This document shows positions 33,218 through 42,435 of a stretch of 64,000 nucleotides of DNA, one piece after another (position 1 is the first letter of the stretch; every line of letters begins with the position of its first letter). The stretch covers positions 1 to 64,000 of the forward strand of contig JBBRNJ010000002.1 of the NCBI GenBank assembly GCA_038230375.1, given 5' to 3'. The translations under genes and the position numbers were made by a program. Under the pieces are notes generated by a model. That model made no database searches. It had not been told where the DNA came from and saw nothing but the letters and a program-made list of their open reading frames with translations. Origin of the DNA: Polyangiales bacterium. GTDB taxonomy: Bacteria; Myxococcota_A; Polyangia; Polyangiales; Polyangiaceae.

Positions 33218-34546
33218 ATGCGCGCAAAAGCCGGGGATGCCCCCTGCACGATCTCGCAGAAGATCCTCGGGCCCCGCCAGCGCGGGGGCGCAAGACCCGG
33301 GGAGCCCGTGTTGCTCGCCGTCGACCAGATCGTCCTGACGGACGGCGTGGAGAGCGTCATCGAGGACGCCCGAACACGTGGGCTCGCCAAGAAGACGCCC
33401 GTCGAGCTCGCCGTCGCCTATGACGGTCACCCCACGCGCGGGGCAGGGGAGCCGGACGCGTTCTCCGTGCGGCAAGCGCTCGCGCACGGCCTCGTCGTGT
33501 CACGTGCGGGCATGGGCTTCGCGGCGCCGGTTCACACCGAGCGGTTTGCCGCGCCCGCGCGCCTCTGCGTGACCGACTCCCCACGCCTCTCGGCCACGGG
33601 CGGCGCGTCGATGCTCACGCTCACCGTCAGCGCGGCCGACCTCGCGCAGGCGCTGGCGACCGGCACCATCCTCGCGCGCATGCCGGTGACAGTGTCGGTG
33701 CAGCTCACGGGGCGACTGCGTCCGTTCGTCAGCGCAACGGATGTGGCGCTCGAGCTGGTCCGGCGAGGGACCGTTGATGTCGTCCAGAAGGCGCGCGCGC
33801 GTCACGGCGTACCGGTCGTCCTCGAGTTTGGTGGGCCTGCGGTCCGCCACTTCTCCATCCCTGAGCGCGCCCACATCGCGCAGATCGCGTCGGAGGTGGC
33901 AGCCGCTTCGGCCGTGTTCCCTTCGGACGAGCGCACGCAGGTCTACCTGCGCGATCAGCGGCGCTCCAAGGCGCATCGCGTGCTCACCGCCGACCTCGGC
34001 GTGGACGTGGCGGACGTGGTGCAGCTGGACGTGGGCGCGATCGATCCGCTTGTGCGTGGTCCGGATGGCGTCGTGCGCCCCGTGCGCGATCTGGCGGGCA
34101 CGGCCGTGGACTCGGTGCTGATCGGGGGCGATGGCGGCGCCTCCATGAAGGACGTGCTCACGGTGGCTGCGCTCCTCAAGGCAAAGCGCGTGCACGAGAA
34201 GGTCGCCCTCCTGTTCGCCCCGCCGTCGCGGCAGATCCTGGAGGTCCTCGCAGGCAGCGGTGGCCTCGCGGAGCTCGTGTCCGTGGGCGCGCGCATCATC
34301 GAGCCGGACGTTGGCGTGCTCAGCCAGGCCCTCTATCCTGGCACGCAGCTCCGCACGTGCCTCGCGCTCGGCCCGAGCAGCTCGCGCAGCGGCGGAGCAG
34401 GCACCGCGTACACCGCGTCCGCCGAGACCTGCGCGCACGCCGTCACGCGCGGCGAGATCGGCGATCCACGCGGTCAGAAGCGCGTCGTCCGCGTGACCGT
34501 TCCGCGCGAGCTACCCACGGACGACGTCCTGATCGTCAGGCGCTGA
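33218..34546 (+). CDS. Degenerate aconitase-family protein (no Fe-S ligands, no swivel domain)
   Basis: TISQKIL, VDQ, VHTERF, V.LTG.L.P.VSA.DV.LEL, EF.G, FPSDE.T..YL, ASAET.A; Cys and His motifs replaced. Confidence 0.75.
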   Translation: MRAKAGDAPCTISQKILGPRQRGGARPGEPVLLAVDQIVLTDGVESVIEDARTRGLAKKTPVELAVAYDGHPTRGAGEPDAFSVRQALAHGLVVSRAGMGFAAPVHTERFAAPARLCVTDSPRLSATGGASMLTLTVSAADLAQALATGTILARMPVTVSVQLTGRLRPFVSATDVALELVRRGTVDVVQKARARHGVPVVLEFGGPAVRHFSIPERAHIAQIASEVAAASAVFPSDERTQVYLRDQRRSKAHRVLTADLGVDVADVVQLDVGAIDPLVRGPDGVVRPVRDLAGTAVDSVLIGGDGGASMKDVLTVAALLKAKRVHEKVALLFAPPSRQILEVLAGSGGLAELVSVGARIIEPDVGVLSQALYPGTQLRTCLALGPSSSRSGGAGTAYTASAETCAHAVTRGEIGDPRGQKRVVRVTVPRELPTDDVLIVRR

Positions 34547-34555
34547 GCGCTTGCC

Positions 34556-34897
34556 TCAGTAGGCGTTCTTCGCCGGAGACTCGATGGCCTTCGACGCAGC
34601 CTCGATCGTGACCGCTGCGAGCTCTCCGGAGGCCCCTAGCTCGACACGAACGCTCGCCTCGGCCTGCCCATCGACGTCCTCGTGCGCCCCGAGCATGAGC
34701 ACGACCGCGGCGGAGGTCCCGCGAAGATCCACTCCGACGAGCTTCTTCTTCGCATCGAGCAGCAGGCTGGCCTTCTCGGTCTTGCCGGCCTCACCTCCGC
34801 CAGATCCTGCACCAGCGGGCTTTCCTGCTGCATGAAGCTCCAGTCGGTCGTTACTTGCATGATACACGTATCCAGTGGCGCGTGCTTCGACCAGCAT
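34556..34897 (-). CDS. Hypothetical protein
   Basis: GC3-biased ORF; start approximate. Confidence 0.5.
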   Translation of the reverse strand: MLVEARATGYVYHASNDRLELHAAGKPAGAGSGGGEAGKTEKASLLLDAKKKLVGVDLRGTSAAVVLMLGAHEDVDGQAEASVRVELGASGELAAVTIEAASKAIESPAKNAY

Positions 34898-35055
34898 GGG
34901 GACCTCGGGAGGATTGCGGACCTGGCGAGGAATGTAGCGCACGTTCGCGCGTTTCCCAGTGGCGTCTATGTGTGCGAGTCGCCTATGCTCCACGCGGGCG
35001 CCTGTGAGCGTCGGGGAGGGCTCAGCTCCCTCCTTTGGTAACTGGAGGTCTTTGC

Positions 35056-36486
35056 GTGTCCAAGGGACGTTTGACGAGGCAAGAGCTCGGGTGGCTTCTC
35101 ACACAGGAAGCCCAGGGTGCAGCTTCGCGTTTGCGCCAAGGTGTGCAGATCATGCGCACGGTGCCGCCTCCCGACATCCGCGAGCAGCTTCGTCAGACGC
35201 CAGAGGCGGTGCCAGAGGCGGCGCGAGAGGCGAGCCCCGCCAGCGTCACGAACCCCAGTGGCACCCTGGACGCATCGCTCGACGCACTGGACGACGTCAT
35301 GCGCATGCTGGAGAACCTCCACACGCGCCCCAGCACGCCGGTGCGTCGCGGGCGTATCGACCTCGCCGCGCTGCTCTGGGAGGTCGCCCCCGAGGCGCGC
35401 GTCCAGATCGAGCCGGGCAGCGGCACGGAGGTCTTCGGTGACGAAGCCGAGCTGCGCCGGATGCTCCACGTGCTGGTCGGCCACGGCGGCGGCATCGGCT
35501 CGCAGATCACCATCCGACGCGAAGGCGCGGATGTCCGCGTTGCGGTCACGCTGGGACCGGACACCAGCGCCACCGCAGAGACCGAGCGCGTGTGGCTCTC
35601 TCGCATGGCGCTTCGCTACGGCGGTCGCCACGAGCTCGAAGGCGCGACCGAGGTGCTGCTCCTTCCCGCGGACGAAGATCGCGAGGAGAAGGCCGCGCTG
35701 CGCAAGGAGCTCGACGAGGCGCGCAAGCAGGGCGAGGTATACGCCCGCGAGCTCGCAGCCGTCTTCCAGAAGGGCGAGGAGGCCCACTCCGCGTCCAGCT
35801 ATCCGCCCCCGCCCATGGATCCCACCACGGAGCGGCTCGACTCGGTCGCGCGGCTCTGCGCCGGCATCGCCGCGGAGCTCCGGGGCATCCTCACGCCGCT
35901 CGGACGCGAGCTCGGGCAGCTTCGCCCTGCGACCGACCAGGAGGAGCTGCTCGCGGTCGCGCACAAGCGTGTCACGTTCGCGAGCGAGTTTGTCTCCGTG
36001 CTCGCGAGCATCGGTGAGCTCTCCGCGGACGAGGCGCGCGCGCAGACCGATCTCGGCACGGTCGTGCGCAATGCGATCGAAGGACTCGGGAATCGCTCCG
36101 AGAAGCACGAGGTGCGCGTCGTCGTGAAGCCCGGCTCCGGTCAGGGCGTGCACGTCATGATGTCGCCGCGCGGTGCGGCGCTCCTCGCGCGCGAGCTCAT
36201 CGGCCTGGCGATCGCGGCCACGCCGCGCAGCAACGATGTGCACGTGGAGGTCTACCAGGACCCGCTCGGGGCGCGCCTCGTCATCGACGACGCAGGCCCG
36301 CCGCTGCCGGCGTCCGCGCGTCGCGGATACCTGGAGCTGTCCGTGGATGGCGCGACGTACGGCCGGCCCAGCGCCGTTCCGCTGCGCCTCGGCGCGGAGA
36401 TCGCGGCTGCGAACGGCGGCATGGTGGAGTTGTCCGACGCACCGCTCGGCGGCGTGCGGGTGCTTGTCACCTTCCCGCAGCGGTGA
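35056..36486 (+). CDS. Atypical histidine-kinase-like protein lacking the H-box His
   Basis: H-box-like AGIAAELRGILTPL; HATPase remnants (IDDAGP, GG.V...D.PLGG..V.VTFP); GTG start after GGAGG. Confidence 0.7.
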   Translation: MSKGRLTRQELGWLLTQEAQGAASRLRQGVQIMRTVPPPDIREQLRQTPEAVPEAAREASPASVTNPSGTLDASLDALDDVMRMLENLHTRPSTPVRRGRIDLAALLWEVAPEARVQIEPGSGTEVFGDEAELRRMLHVLVGHGGGIGSQITIRREGADVRVAVTLGPDTSATAETERVWLSRMALRYGGRHELEGATEVLLLPADEDREEKAALRKELDEARKQGEVYARELAAVFQKGEEAHSASSYPPPPMDPTTERLDSVARLCAGIAAELRGILTPLGRELGQLRPATDQEELLAVAHKRVTFASEFVSVLASIGELSADEARAQTDLGTVVRNAIEGLGNRSEKHEVRVVVKPGSGQGVHVMMSPRGAALLARELIGLAIAATPRSNDVHVEVYQDPLGARLVIDDAGPPLPASARRGYLELSVDGATYGRPSAVPLRLGAEIAAANGGMVELSDAPLGGVRVLVTFPQR

Positions 36487-36489
36487 CGC

Positions 36490-37723
36490 TCAGAGCTTTG
36501 CGCGTCTGATCTGGACCAGCTGAGCGGGGGGTGGCAGAGGCTCGTTGGGCGTATCCAGCGGCTCTTCCACGATGTCCCAGACCGCGTTGTCGAACGGGAG
36601 GCCTGGGGCCCCGTGTCTTCTGGACGATGCGCTCGCGGCGCCCTCGTGAGGCCAGCGTGCGTGCGCGGTAGTGGCAGTACGGGTTGTTGCCGGGGCGCCC
36701 ACTGACGGCGTGCGCGGTGAAGGTGCAGCCGCCGAGACACGTCTCTCGAAACATGCATTCTGCACAGAATCCCCAGAGAGCGTCCACGGAGAGCGTGCGC
36801 GAGAACCCGACCTTGCGGTTGCCGTTCCATAGGTCCGCAAGCGGCGTCTCGCGCAGGTTGCCGCCCACGTACGCATCCGACTGCAACGACGGACATCCCT
36901 TCACGCCACCGTTGGACTCGATGCCCATGAGGAAGGAGCCCGCGAGGCAGCCCTGGTAGTGATCCGTGCCGTCCGGGTTGCGCGACCGGAGGAGCGTCTC
37001 CTCTGGTCCGAAGTAGCCCAGGTTGTTGCCCGGCATGAGCAGGATCCCGTCCGCGAACGCGCGGCGCTTGAGCGCGGCGACCCGCGGCACCACGTCCGTG
37101 AGCTCATAGGGCTGGAGCACCAGGTCAGCGCGATCCGCGGCGCGGCCGAGGGGCGTCGTGAGCTGCACCTGCCAGGCGCCGATCTTTTGCGCGAGCAGGA
37201 GCTCGTACAGGTCCTCGAGCTCGCCCTGGTTCAAGCGGTTGACGTTGGTGTTCGCCGTGATGGCCACGCCGGCGTCGCGCAGATGCGAGAGCGCCGCCAG
37301 CGCAGCCTCGAAGCTCCCGCGCGAGGCCCGCATCAGGTCGTGCGTCGCCTGCAGCCCGTCGATGCTGACGGACACGCTGTGGAGGCCATGCGCGGCGATC
37401 GCCTGCGCCAGCTCCCTGTCGAGCGAGCGGCCTCCCGTGACCATCGTGGTGCGCAGGCCTGCGTCGCGAAGGGCGGACAGCACGGAGAGGAACGCAGGAT
37501 GAAGGTATGCCTCGCCGCCGATCAGCGCGACCTCCTCGGCCCCCAGCGCCGCGAGGTCTCTCACGACCTTTCGGGCCTCGTCGAGCGACAGCTCCGTGTC
37601 ACGGGGGTCGCCCGCGCGTGATCCGCAGTGCGTGCAGGGCTGATCGCAGCGGAGCGTGAGCTCCCAGACCACGTATGCCGGACGAAAATCCGGCCCAGCT
37701 ACGGGTAGGCGACGTAGCACCAA
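36490..37723 (-). CDS. Radical SAM/SPASM maturase, PlpX/splicease-like; +1 frameshift near 36610
   Basis: YVVWELTLRCDQPCTHCGSRAG, IGGEA, SVSIDG, NNLGYFGP.E, GC.AG, GCPSL, CAEC..C.GGC, NNPYCHYR; the conserved tail APGLPFDN..DIVEEP is in the next frame. Confidence 0.85.
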
Positions 37724-37743
37724 AGTTCGGGTATCATCGCACC

Positions 37744-38076
37744 ATGCGTTTCACGGCGCCGCTCGATTCTTGCACTTCCTGTCGGGGTCTCATCCCGCGG
37801 GAGCCCGCACTGCCTTCATGTCCTCACTGCGGTGGTCAACTCCAGCCGCTTGCCCTGGACACAGGCGTGCGCGGGGCGCTGGGAAAGACAGCGGGCAAGG
37901 TAGCTTCTGCCGCAGCAGTCGCGGTCGCTGGCGCTGGCTTCGCGGTCACGCTGATGGCTTGCTATGGGCCGCCCCCGCGCGAGTACGAGAAGGTCGACGC
38001 TCCGGCTCCCCCCAACGCGAAGGCGATGAGCGATGCGGGCGCGCCAGGTTCGCCGGACATGCCGAAGGCAAAATGA
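37744..38076 (+). CDS. Small Zn-ribbon + hydrophobic helix + lipobox protein with a CYGPPP motif; putative rSAM substrate
   Basis: CTSC...CPHC, Ala/Val-rich helix, TLMA-C-Y-G-P-P-P; divergent from the rSAM gene; stop overlaps the next ATG. Confidence 0.7.
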   Translation: MRFTAPLDSCTSCRGLIPREPALPSCPHCGGQLQPLALDTGVRGALGKTAGKVASAAAVAVAGAGFAVTLMACYGPPPREYEKVDAPAPPNAKAMSDAGAPGSPDMPKAK

Positions 38077-38468
38077 GGATCCTCATCATCGAAGGCTCGG
38101 ACTCGATCTCGCACATGATCGAGGCGCTCGTGGCAGCGCGAGGCTTCGAGGTCGCCTGCGCAAACGGCGGGGCGCGCGCGGTCGAGGACGCGCTTGCCAA
38201 TGCGCCGGACATCGTCCTGCTCGACCTTGACCTGCCCGGAGGCGTGGGGGCTCTGGACGTGTGCCGCAAGCTGCGGTCCGAGGTCGAGACCGACAGCATT
38301 CCCATCATCGCGCTCGGCGCAAGCGGCGACGAAGCCGTGAGGCAGGGCGCGCTGGAGGCGGGGGCCACCACGTACTATCGCAAACCCTTCAGCCCGATCT
38401 CTCTGCTCAAGGAGATCGACGCCATCAAGGCCAAGCTGCGCTCGAGCGGAACGGAGAAGGTCCAGTGA
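38073..38468 (+). CDS. Single-domain response regulator (CheY-like)
   Basis: MRILIIE, PDIVLLDLDLP, IPIIAL, KPFS. Confidence 0.9.
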   Translation: MRILIIEGSDSISHMIEALVAARGFEVACANGGARAVEDALANAPDIVLLDLDLPGGVGALDVCRKLRSEVETDSIPIIALGASGDEAVRQGALEAGATTYYRKPFSPISLLKEIDAIKAKLRSSGTEKVQ

Positions 38469-39121
38469 AATTGACTTCAAATGCCCCCTCGCGATGGATG
38501 ATGTGGGGTGCGTTCGGCGCCGCAATGATGATTGTGGCGCTCGGCTGCAAGAAGAAGAAGACCGCGATTGACTACGCGCCGGATTACTCGAACGGCACCG
38601 ACACCACGGGCTCGCAAGGCTCCACCGGAACCGGCGGCACCACCGATACCACCGGCAAGACCGTCGTTGGCCTCAGCCAGACCTACAACCCGAAGAGCGG
38701 GCTCGTTCGCATCCACTATCCGTCCGAGCTCGTCGCGAACCCCGACAGCGACAACCTCACCTTCCTCGAGCCCATGCGGACGGCATCCGTCGACGTGAAG
38801 TCGCTCGTGACGATCACCACCAACGGCGACCCCATCTCGCAGGACGCCAACGAGTACGCGCGCGTGCTGCAGGGCGCCCGCGCGAAGGCGCTCACGGGGT
38901 ACCGCCTCATCAGCACCACGCCCGGCCACTGCTACAAGGATCAGCAAGGCGTCGAGACGCGCTGGGAGTTCGACGAGGGCGGCACGAAGATGCAAGGCCG
39001 CGCGTGCGCGTTCGTGCACCACAAGCACGGCTACTCGTTCATGTACGCGTTCAAGCCGGGCAACGTCGGCGACGAGTCCAAGCTACACAAGGTCGTCGAC
39101 GCGACCGAGCTCACGGACTGA
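38465..39121 (+). CDS. Hypothetical lipoprotein (possibly PsbP-like fold)
   Basis: Lipobox ALGC followed by KKKK; Thr/Gly linker; GTGA overlap. Confidence 0.6.
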   Translation: MKLTSNAPSRWMMWGAFGAAMMIVALGCKKKKTAIDYAPDYSNGTDTTGSQGSTGTGGTTDTTGKTVVGLSQTYNPKSGLVRIHYPSELVANPDSDNLTFLEPMRTASVDVKSLVTITTNGDPISQDANEYARVLQGARAKALTGYRLISTTPGHCYKDQQGVETRWEFDEGGTKMQGRACAFVHHKHGYSFMYAFKPGNVGDESKLHKVVDATELTD

Positions 39122-39127
39122 CCGGTC

Positions 39128-39763
39128 TCAGTGCGGTTTTGCTGACGTGGCGGGCTTGGCGGCGGGTTTCGCCGCAGGCTTCGCGACCGGGGCGACGGCG
39201 GGCTTCGCGGATGCGGCTGCGCTGGGTGCTGCGGCCGCGGGCGGGTCGATCCATTCATCCTTGACCACGCCGTTCACCGGCTCGAGGCATTCCTTCTTCG
39301 CGTCCGCGACGCTCGTGGCGCCGCCCGTATAGAAGCTCACGAACTCACCGGGCTCGCCAGTGGCGCTCTGCGGGTAGTGGCAGGTTCCGAGCAGATTGGC
39401 CTTCGGGCAGGGATTGGGCGTGGGGGTCGAGGTCGTGAAGACGCCGCCCTCCTTCTTGCAATCGTCCGGCGAGAACTTCGGAATGAGCCCGTAGAACTCG
39501 TCGCACTTGCCGGCCTTCCGGTTGTCGCACGTCCCCCGGATGTACTCGTAGTTCGGGACCTGCTTCCCGGAGACGCTGAAGCGCGGCTCGGTCGGATCGG
39601 AGTCAGACGTGGCCGACGACGAAGACGATGCCCCTCCCTCGGCTGCGCCGCCCGGCTGGCTCTTGCTGGCCAACGCGAACGCTACAAAGAAGGCGATGCC
39701 GAGGGCGCTCGCGACGTGCCGGGTGAGCCTGAAGTGCTTGTCCATGAACCGCATGGCGCGCAC
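39128..39763 (-). CDS. Secreted Cys-rich hypothetical protein with a PAAK-repeat tail
   Basis: Hydrophobic leader, six Cys, low-complexity tail. Confidence 0.6.
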   Translation of the reverse strand: MRAMRFMDKHFRLTRHVASALGIAFFVAFALASKSQPGGAAEGGASSSSSATSDSDPTEPRFSVSGKQVPNYEYIRGTCDNRKAGKCDEFYGLIPKFSPDDCKKEGGVFTTSTPTPNPCPKANLLGTCHYPQSATGEPGEFVSFYTGGATSVADAKKECLEPVNGVVKDEWIDPPAAAAPSAAASAKPAVAPVAKPAAKPAAKPATSAKPH

Positions 39764-39775
39764 TCTACACGGCTC

Positions 39776-40162
39776 TCAGAGGAGGTTCATGAGCTTCTTC
39801 GCACGCTCGGAGGCCTCGACGACGACCTGCTTTGCTTCCTCGTCGGGGATGCGGAGCTTCTTGGTCAGCGCCTGCAGGAACTCGTCCTCGGCAGTCGCCT
39901 GCTCGCCGTCCGCGTAGGTGAGGAGCACGGCCTGTTGGAGGAGGACGCGACGATCAGCCGCGGAGAGATCCTGCAGGTTGATGTCATCGATGGTCCGCTT
40001 CTCCTTCGCGTATTCCATGATCTCGGCCTTCTGCGCCTCGGACGCGCGATAGGCCTCGAGCAGGGCGTGGAGCATCTCTTTCTCCGACTCCGCGAAGACG
40101 CCGTCCGCCCACGCAACGGGGACGAGCGACTTGACGATGGCGTACTCTTCTTCGTGCATCAT
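39776..40162 (-). CDS. TerB-like protein
   Basis: VAWADG...ESE and YADG....E..FL..L...L.I TerB motifs. Confidence 0.8.
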   Translation of the reverse strand: MMHEEEYAIVKSLVPVAWADGVFAESEKEMLHALLEAYRASEAQKAEIMEYAKEKRTIDDINLQDLSAADRRVLLQQAVLLTYADGEQATAEDEFLQALTKKLRIPDEEAKQVVVEASERAKKLMNLL

Positions 40163-40227
40163 GGGGACCCTTCGGGCGCTCACTGGCGCCAAGCTCTCCG
40201 CGATGATCGACGAGGTCTGCGCCCGCG

Positions 40228-42435
40228 TCAATCCTTGACGCTGAGCTTCACCACGTGGAAGCCCGCGGCGTCCACGGGAGCCTTCGCCGCATCGCCCGGC
40301 GCCACGCGGAGGCGCTTTCGGACCTGTGAGCCCGCCACGAGGACTTCCACGCCGTCGTCGCACTTGAGCCGATCGATGCGAGCCTCGGGTCCCAGGCCCG
40401 CAAGCAGCCAGATCTCCGCGCCCGGCGGCGCCGACACGACGTGCACGGTGCCGGGCTCGCCCTCGCCGCCCACGTCCGTTCCCGGCTCTCCAGAAGGCCA
40501 GGGATCCAGTGCAGGCGCCTTCACCTTGCTCGCCTCCAGCTGCACCGCCAGGTCGAACCGCGGCGGCTTCTTCTGGTCCCACGGCGCGGTGGGCAGCACG
40601 ACGGCGCGCTTCGGCGCGAAGCCCTCTGCGGTGGCCACGAACTCGAGCCGCGTCTTGATGGGCATGCGCTCGACGTCGACCGGCGCCTGTCCCTTGCGCA
40701 GGAGGATCTCCGAGCCCGCGGGCGCATCGGTGATGACGAGAGCTGCCTTGCAGCGCTGCTCCTCGGCGGCCTTCTCGAGCGCTGCCTTCTTGGCCTCGTA
40801 CTGCTCCTTCTCGCGCTGCACGTTCTCCGGCGTGCGGCCGGTGAAGAACCCCGGCGCGAGCTTCCAGATGCCCACGGCTCCACCGCCCAGGATCAGGAGC
40901 AGCAGCACCAGGAAGACCATCGTGCCCTTCGCAGACTTCGGCTGACGGCCGGACGGCACCGCGGTCGAGAGCGCCACCTTCATGGTGGCCTTCGAGCGCA
41001 CGGCTTCCTTCGCGTCCCGCTCCTTGATCTCCTTCGAGTCCTTCGGCGACGGCGGAGGCGGGTTCGGCGGCAGGATCGGCGGCGCAGCAACCTGAGGCGG
41101 CGGAGCGGGGGGCTCCTTCGCGCGCGGCGGGGGAGGAGGGTTGTCCTGCTGGATGCCGGACTTCTTGAGCGTCGCGACCGCGATCGGGCGGATCGGCTCG
41201 CTGGTGTCGATCGCCGATGTCAGTGAATCGCGAGGCGGTGGCATCGACGCGTTCTCGTCAGAGAGCGAGAGGAGATCCTCGATGCCGTCTCCGTGATCGC
41301 CCGCGTCGCCCGCGTCGGTGGCGTTCGGGTTCGCCGCAAGGTCATCGAGCAGATCGTCCGTGACGGACACGGGGCCGCCCATGCCCGCCAGCGTGCCGGT
41401 CGCGCTGACGACGGGCGGTGCTTCGCTCGTGGGATCGTCCTGCGTGTGCGCTTGCGCGCGTACGCCCCGTTCGAGCTTGTTCGTCCGGAGCTGCTCGCTG
41501 TCGCCGGGCGTGGGCTCGGGCTCGTCGTCGTAGTTTGCCTCCGTCCCTGGCGGCGGGGGCGTGGGGCCCAGGCCGATGAGCGCCTTCAGCTCCTTCGACA
41601 TCGCCTTGTCGTCGTCGCTCGCATCGCCGCTCACGCCGAACGTGGAGAGGAGGTTGTCGACGTCGTCGTCCTTGAACAGCGCGTCCTTCGGACCGAGCAG
41701 CGCGGGAGACTCGGGGAGGGCGGGGCCGCGCTTTTGCGGCGGCGGGCGGTTCGGAGGCGGCGGCGGCGCAAAACCGCGGTTCACCGGCGGCGTGGGAAGC
41801 TTGGTCGGGGGCGCCTCGGACGATGCGCTGCCTCCTGAACGCTTCAGGGTCTGTGCCTCGTCGTTCGGGAACGGCGTCCGCGGCCGCTGTACGGTGGGTG
41901 CCTCGTTGAAGCGCTGCTCATGCTCTCCGCCGGACTCACGCTTGCGGATCTCGGGACCACGCGACTCCAGCGGAGGCATCGCGCTGGCGCGACCCAGGCC
42001 CAGCGAGATGCGACGCGCCTCACGTGCCATGCGTGCGAGGGCGCGGCGACCTGCAGCGCGATTCACCGGAATGAGCGCGGCCTCGAGCTCCGCGGCGAGC
42101 GCGCGAACTCCGCCGCCGCTCTTCTTCCTTGCCACGTGCGTGAGCGCGGACGTCTGCGCGCCGGTCACGCTCAGCAGGTCGGAGAGGACGTTGCGCAGCT
42201 GCGTCTCCACGTCAACGCCGTCGCCGGGGCCCTTCGGCTTCACGATCGCGACGGAGCCTTCCTCGCTCACGTATACGGTCTTCGGATCGATCGCGGTCGC
42301 ACTCCCGGCGTTCACCGCGTCCGCGAGCTCGAGCGTCAGGTATCCGGCGAGCTCCGGCGCGATCGGCACGCGCTTCTGGTGCGCAACGGCGAGGATGTCG
42401 TCGAGCGTGATGGACGAGGCAAGGATGTCGCTCAT
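40228..42435 (-). CDS. Bitopic protein: kinase-like N-terminal fragment, Pro-rich linker, TM, PEGA-like domains
   Basis: [19 protein letters not shown]...[42 protein letters not shown] overlap with hisF. Confidence 0.65.
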   Translation of the reverse strand: MSDILASSITLDDILAVAHQKRVPIAPELAGYLTLELADAVNAGSATAIDPKTVYVSEEGSVAIVKPKGPGDGVDVETQLRNVLSDLLSVTGAQTSALTHVARKKSGGGVRALAAELEAALIPVNRAAGRRALARMAREARRISLGLGRASAMPPLESRGPEIRKRESGGEHEQRFNEAPTVQRPRTPFPNDEAQTLKRSGGSASSEAPPTKLPTPPVNRGFAPPPPPNRPPPQKRGPALPESPALLGPKDALFKDDDVDNLLSTFGVSGDASDDDKAMSKELKALIGLGPTPPPPGTEANYDDEPEPTPGDSEQLRTNKLERGVRAQAHTQDDPTSEAPPVVSATGTLAGMGGPVSVTDDLLDDLAANPNATDAGDAGDHGDGIEDLLSLSDENASMPPPRDSLTSAIDTSEPIRPIAVATLKKSGIQQDNPPPPPRAKEPPAPPPQVAAPPILPPNPPPPSPKDSKEIKERDAKEAVRSKATMKVALSTAVPSGRQPKSAKGTMVFLVLLLLILGGGAVGIWKLAPGFFTGRTPENVQREKEQYEAKKAALEKAAEEQRCKAALVITDAPAGSEILLRKGQAPVDVERMPIKTRLEFVATAEGFAPKRAVVLPTAPWDQKKPPRFDLAVQLEASKVKAPALDPWPSGEPGTDVGGEGEPGTVHVVSAPPGAEIWLLAGLGPEARIDRLKCDDGVEVLVAGSQVRKRLRVAPGDAAKAPVDAAGFHVVKLSVKD

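Noticed and set aside
36467..36608. Track C terminus of the rSAM ORF (GPRPPVRQ...)
   Set aside because: Unlike the family tail and overlaps the convergent gene; better explained by a frameshift.
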